Shown in pieces: positions 62,901 through 64,000 of a DNA stretch of 64,000 bases (its first letter is position 1; the number at the start of each line of letters is the position of its first letter). The position numbers and the translations under genes are program-made. The notes below the pieces were generated by a model that made no database searches, was not told the origin of the DNA, and saw nothing but the letters and a program-made list of their open reading frames with translations. Source of the DNA: Eledone cirrhosa (Eukaryota); assembly GCA_964016885.1 (NCBI GenBank), contig OZ024743.1, positions 143,158,001-143,222,000 on the forward strand, read 5' to 3'.

Positions 62901-64000
62901 TGGTGCTTGGTGCTTGGTGCTTGGTGTTTGGTGGTTGGTGTTTGGTGCTTGGTGTTTGGTGTTTGGTGCTTGGTGTTTGGTGCTTGGTACTTGGTGCTTG
63001 GTGCTTGGTGTTAGGTGCTTGGTGCTTGGTGCTTGGTGTTTGGTGCTTGGTGTTTGGTGCTTGGTGCCTGCTGCTTGGTGCTTGGTGCTTGGTGTTTGGT
63101 GGTTGGTGTTTGGTGCTTGGTGTTTGATGCTTGGTGCTTGGTGCTTGGTGTTTTGTGTTTGGTGCTTGGTGCTTGGTGTTTGGTGCTTGGTGCTTGGGGC
63201 TTGGTGTTTGTACTTGGTGCTTGGTGCTTGGTGTTTGGTTCTTGGTGTTTCGTACTTGGTGCTTGGTGCTTGGTGTTTGGTGTTTGGTGCTTGGTGTTTG
63301 GTGCTTGGTGCTTGGTGCTTGGTGCTTGGTTTTAGGTGTTTGGTGCTTGGTGCTTGGTGTTTGGTGCTTCATGCTTGGTGCTTGGTGTTTGGTGCTTGGT
63401 TTTTGGAGCTTAGTTTCTGGTGCTTGGTGTTTGGTGCTTGGTGCTTGGTGTTTGGTGTTTGGTGCTTGGTGTTAGGTGTTTGGTGCTTGGTGTTTGATCC
63501 TTGGTGCTTGGTGTTTGGTGCTTGGTGCTTGCTGTTTGGTGTTTGGTGCTTGCTGCTTGGTGTTTGGTGTTTTGGTGTTTTGTGCTAGGTGCTTGGTGTT
63601 TGGTACTTGGTGATTGGAGTTTGGTGTTTGGTGCTTGGTGCTTGGTGTTTTGTGTTTGGTGTTTGGTTTTTGGTGCTTGGTGCTTGGTGCTTGGTCCTTG
63701 GTGTTTGGTGCTGGGTGCTTTGTGTTTGGTGCTTGGTGCTTGGTGCTTGGTGTTTGGTGTTTGCTGCTTGGTGTTTGATGCTTGGTGCTTGGTGCTTGGT
63801 GTTTTGTGTTTGGTGCTTGGTGCTTGGTGTTTGGTGCTTGGTGCTTGGTGCTTGGTGTTTGTACTTGGTGCTTGGTGCCTGGTGTTTGGTTCTTGGTGTT
63901 TGGTGTATGTTGTTTGGTGTTTGGTGTTTGTTGTTTGGTGTTTGGTGTTTGGTGCTTGGTGCTTGGTGTTTGGTGCTTGGTGCTTGGTGTTTGGTGCCTG
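55840..64000. repeat. Higher-order tandem repeat, period 6017 bp; second copy truncated by the window end
   Basis: ORF pairs 55913/61930, 56059/62076, 56603/62620 and 57114/63131 are all offset 6017. Markers at 57389/63406 and GTATG at 57888/63905. Confidence 0.93.
57880..61860. repeat. Long-range direct copy of ~12460-16480
   Basis: ORF pairs 12784/58226, 13150/58592 and 13277/58719 are offset 45442. Shared GTGCCTGG, TTCGTGC, TTCATGC and TTCGATGC variants. Confidence 0.88.

Larger units (their letters stand above)
1..64000. repeat. 7-bp simple satellite array (TTGGTGY)n, ~9,100 monomers, single orientation, open at both window ends
   Basis: TTGGTGC and TTGGTGT alternate throughout, with scattered variants (TTGCTGT, TTGATGC, TAGGTGT, TTGGTAC, TTGGTGA, TTTGTGT). 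No non-repeat interruption seen. The consensus implies roughly 50% T, 43% G, 7% C and almost no A on the + strand. Confidence 0.99.

Noticed and set aside
7720-63480. Scattered TTAGG (arthropod telomere motif) and AGGTGT (T-box-like half site)
   Set aside because: They arise from a single T>A change (TAGGTGT), never form (TTAGG)n tracts, and are spread by duplication.
2-63588. Hundreds of + strand ORFs encoding hydrophobic LVLGAWC/LVFGVWC repeats (up to 560 aa)
   Set aside because: They overlap in all three frames with the same peptide and begin and end at chance variant monomers. There is no non-repeat domain or frame preference.
1-64000. CRISPR array or repeat-spacer system
   Set aside because: There are no unique spacers, 23-50 bp direct repeats, leader or cas genes. 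The variable parts are substitution variants of the same heptamer.
1-64000. Inversions, hairpins, terminators or transposon insertions
   Set aside because: No reverse-complement (CACCAA) tract or foreign sequence was seen on the + strand, and the near absence of A precludes extended Watson-Crick stems.
1-64000. Pure sequencing or basecalling artefact
   Set aside because: Rare variants recur at exact kilobase offsets and indels keep the 7-bp register, which random error would not produce. The copy number of near-identical HORs still needs read-level validation.

Overview
The whole 64 kb window is one uninterrupted head-to-tail tandem array of the 7-bp monomer TTGGTG(C/T) (reverse complement (G/A)CACCAA), about 9,100 monomers (64,000/7), in a single orientation and running off both ends. 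I found no genes, RNA genes, mobile elements or unique sequence. The ORF track is an artefact of a consensus that has no stop codon in any of the six frames. The structure is in the variant monomers: (i) a roughly balanced C/T state at position 7 that is copied faithfully between distant copies; (ii) nested duplications at 77, 189-196, ~420-440 and ~880-1040 bp; (iii) successive kilobase higher-order repeats (HORs) with periods of ~2.1-2.3, 5.1, 3.6, 3.83, 3.9-4.0, 4.6-4.7 and 6.0 kb; (iv) a homogeneous central block (~18-34 kb) flanked by a different shared allele, with a 42-45 kb long-range recurrence; and (v) a more divergent layer in the first ~7 kb. This is most consistent with a eukaryotic simple satellite (centromeric, pericentromeric or subtelomeric) from a long-read assembly. 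Organism and function cannot be determined from this window. Block boundaries are approximate (tens of bp); offsets were read from marker monomers and from identical ORFs in the supplied track.
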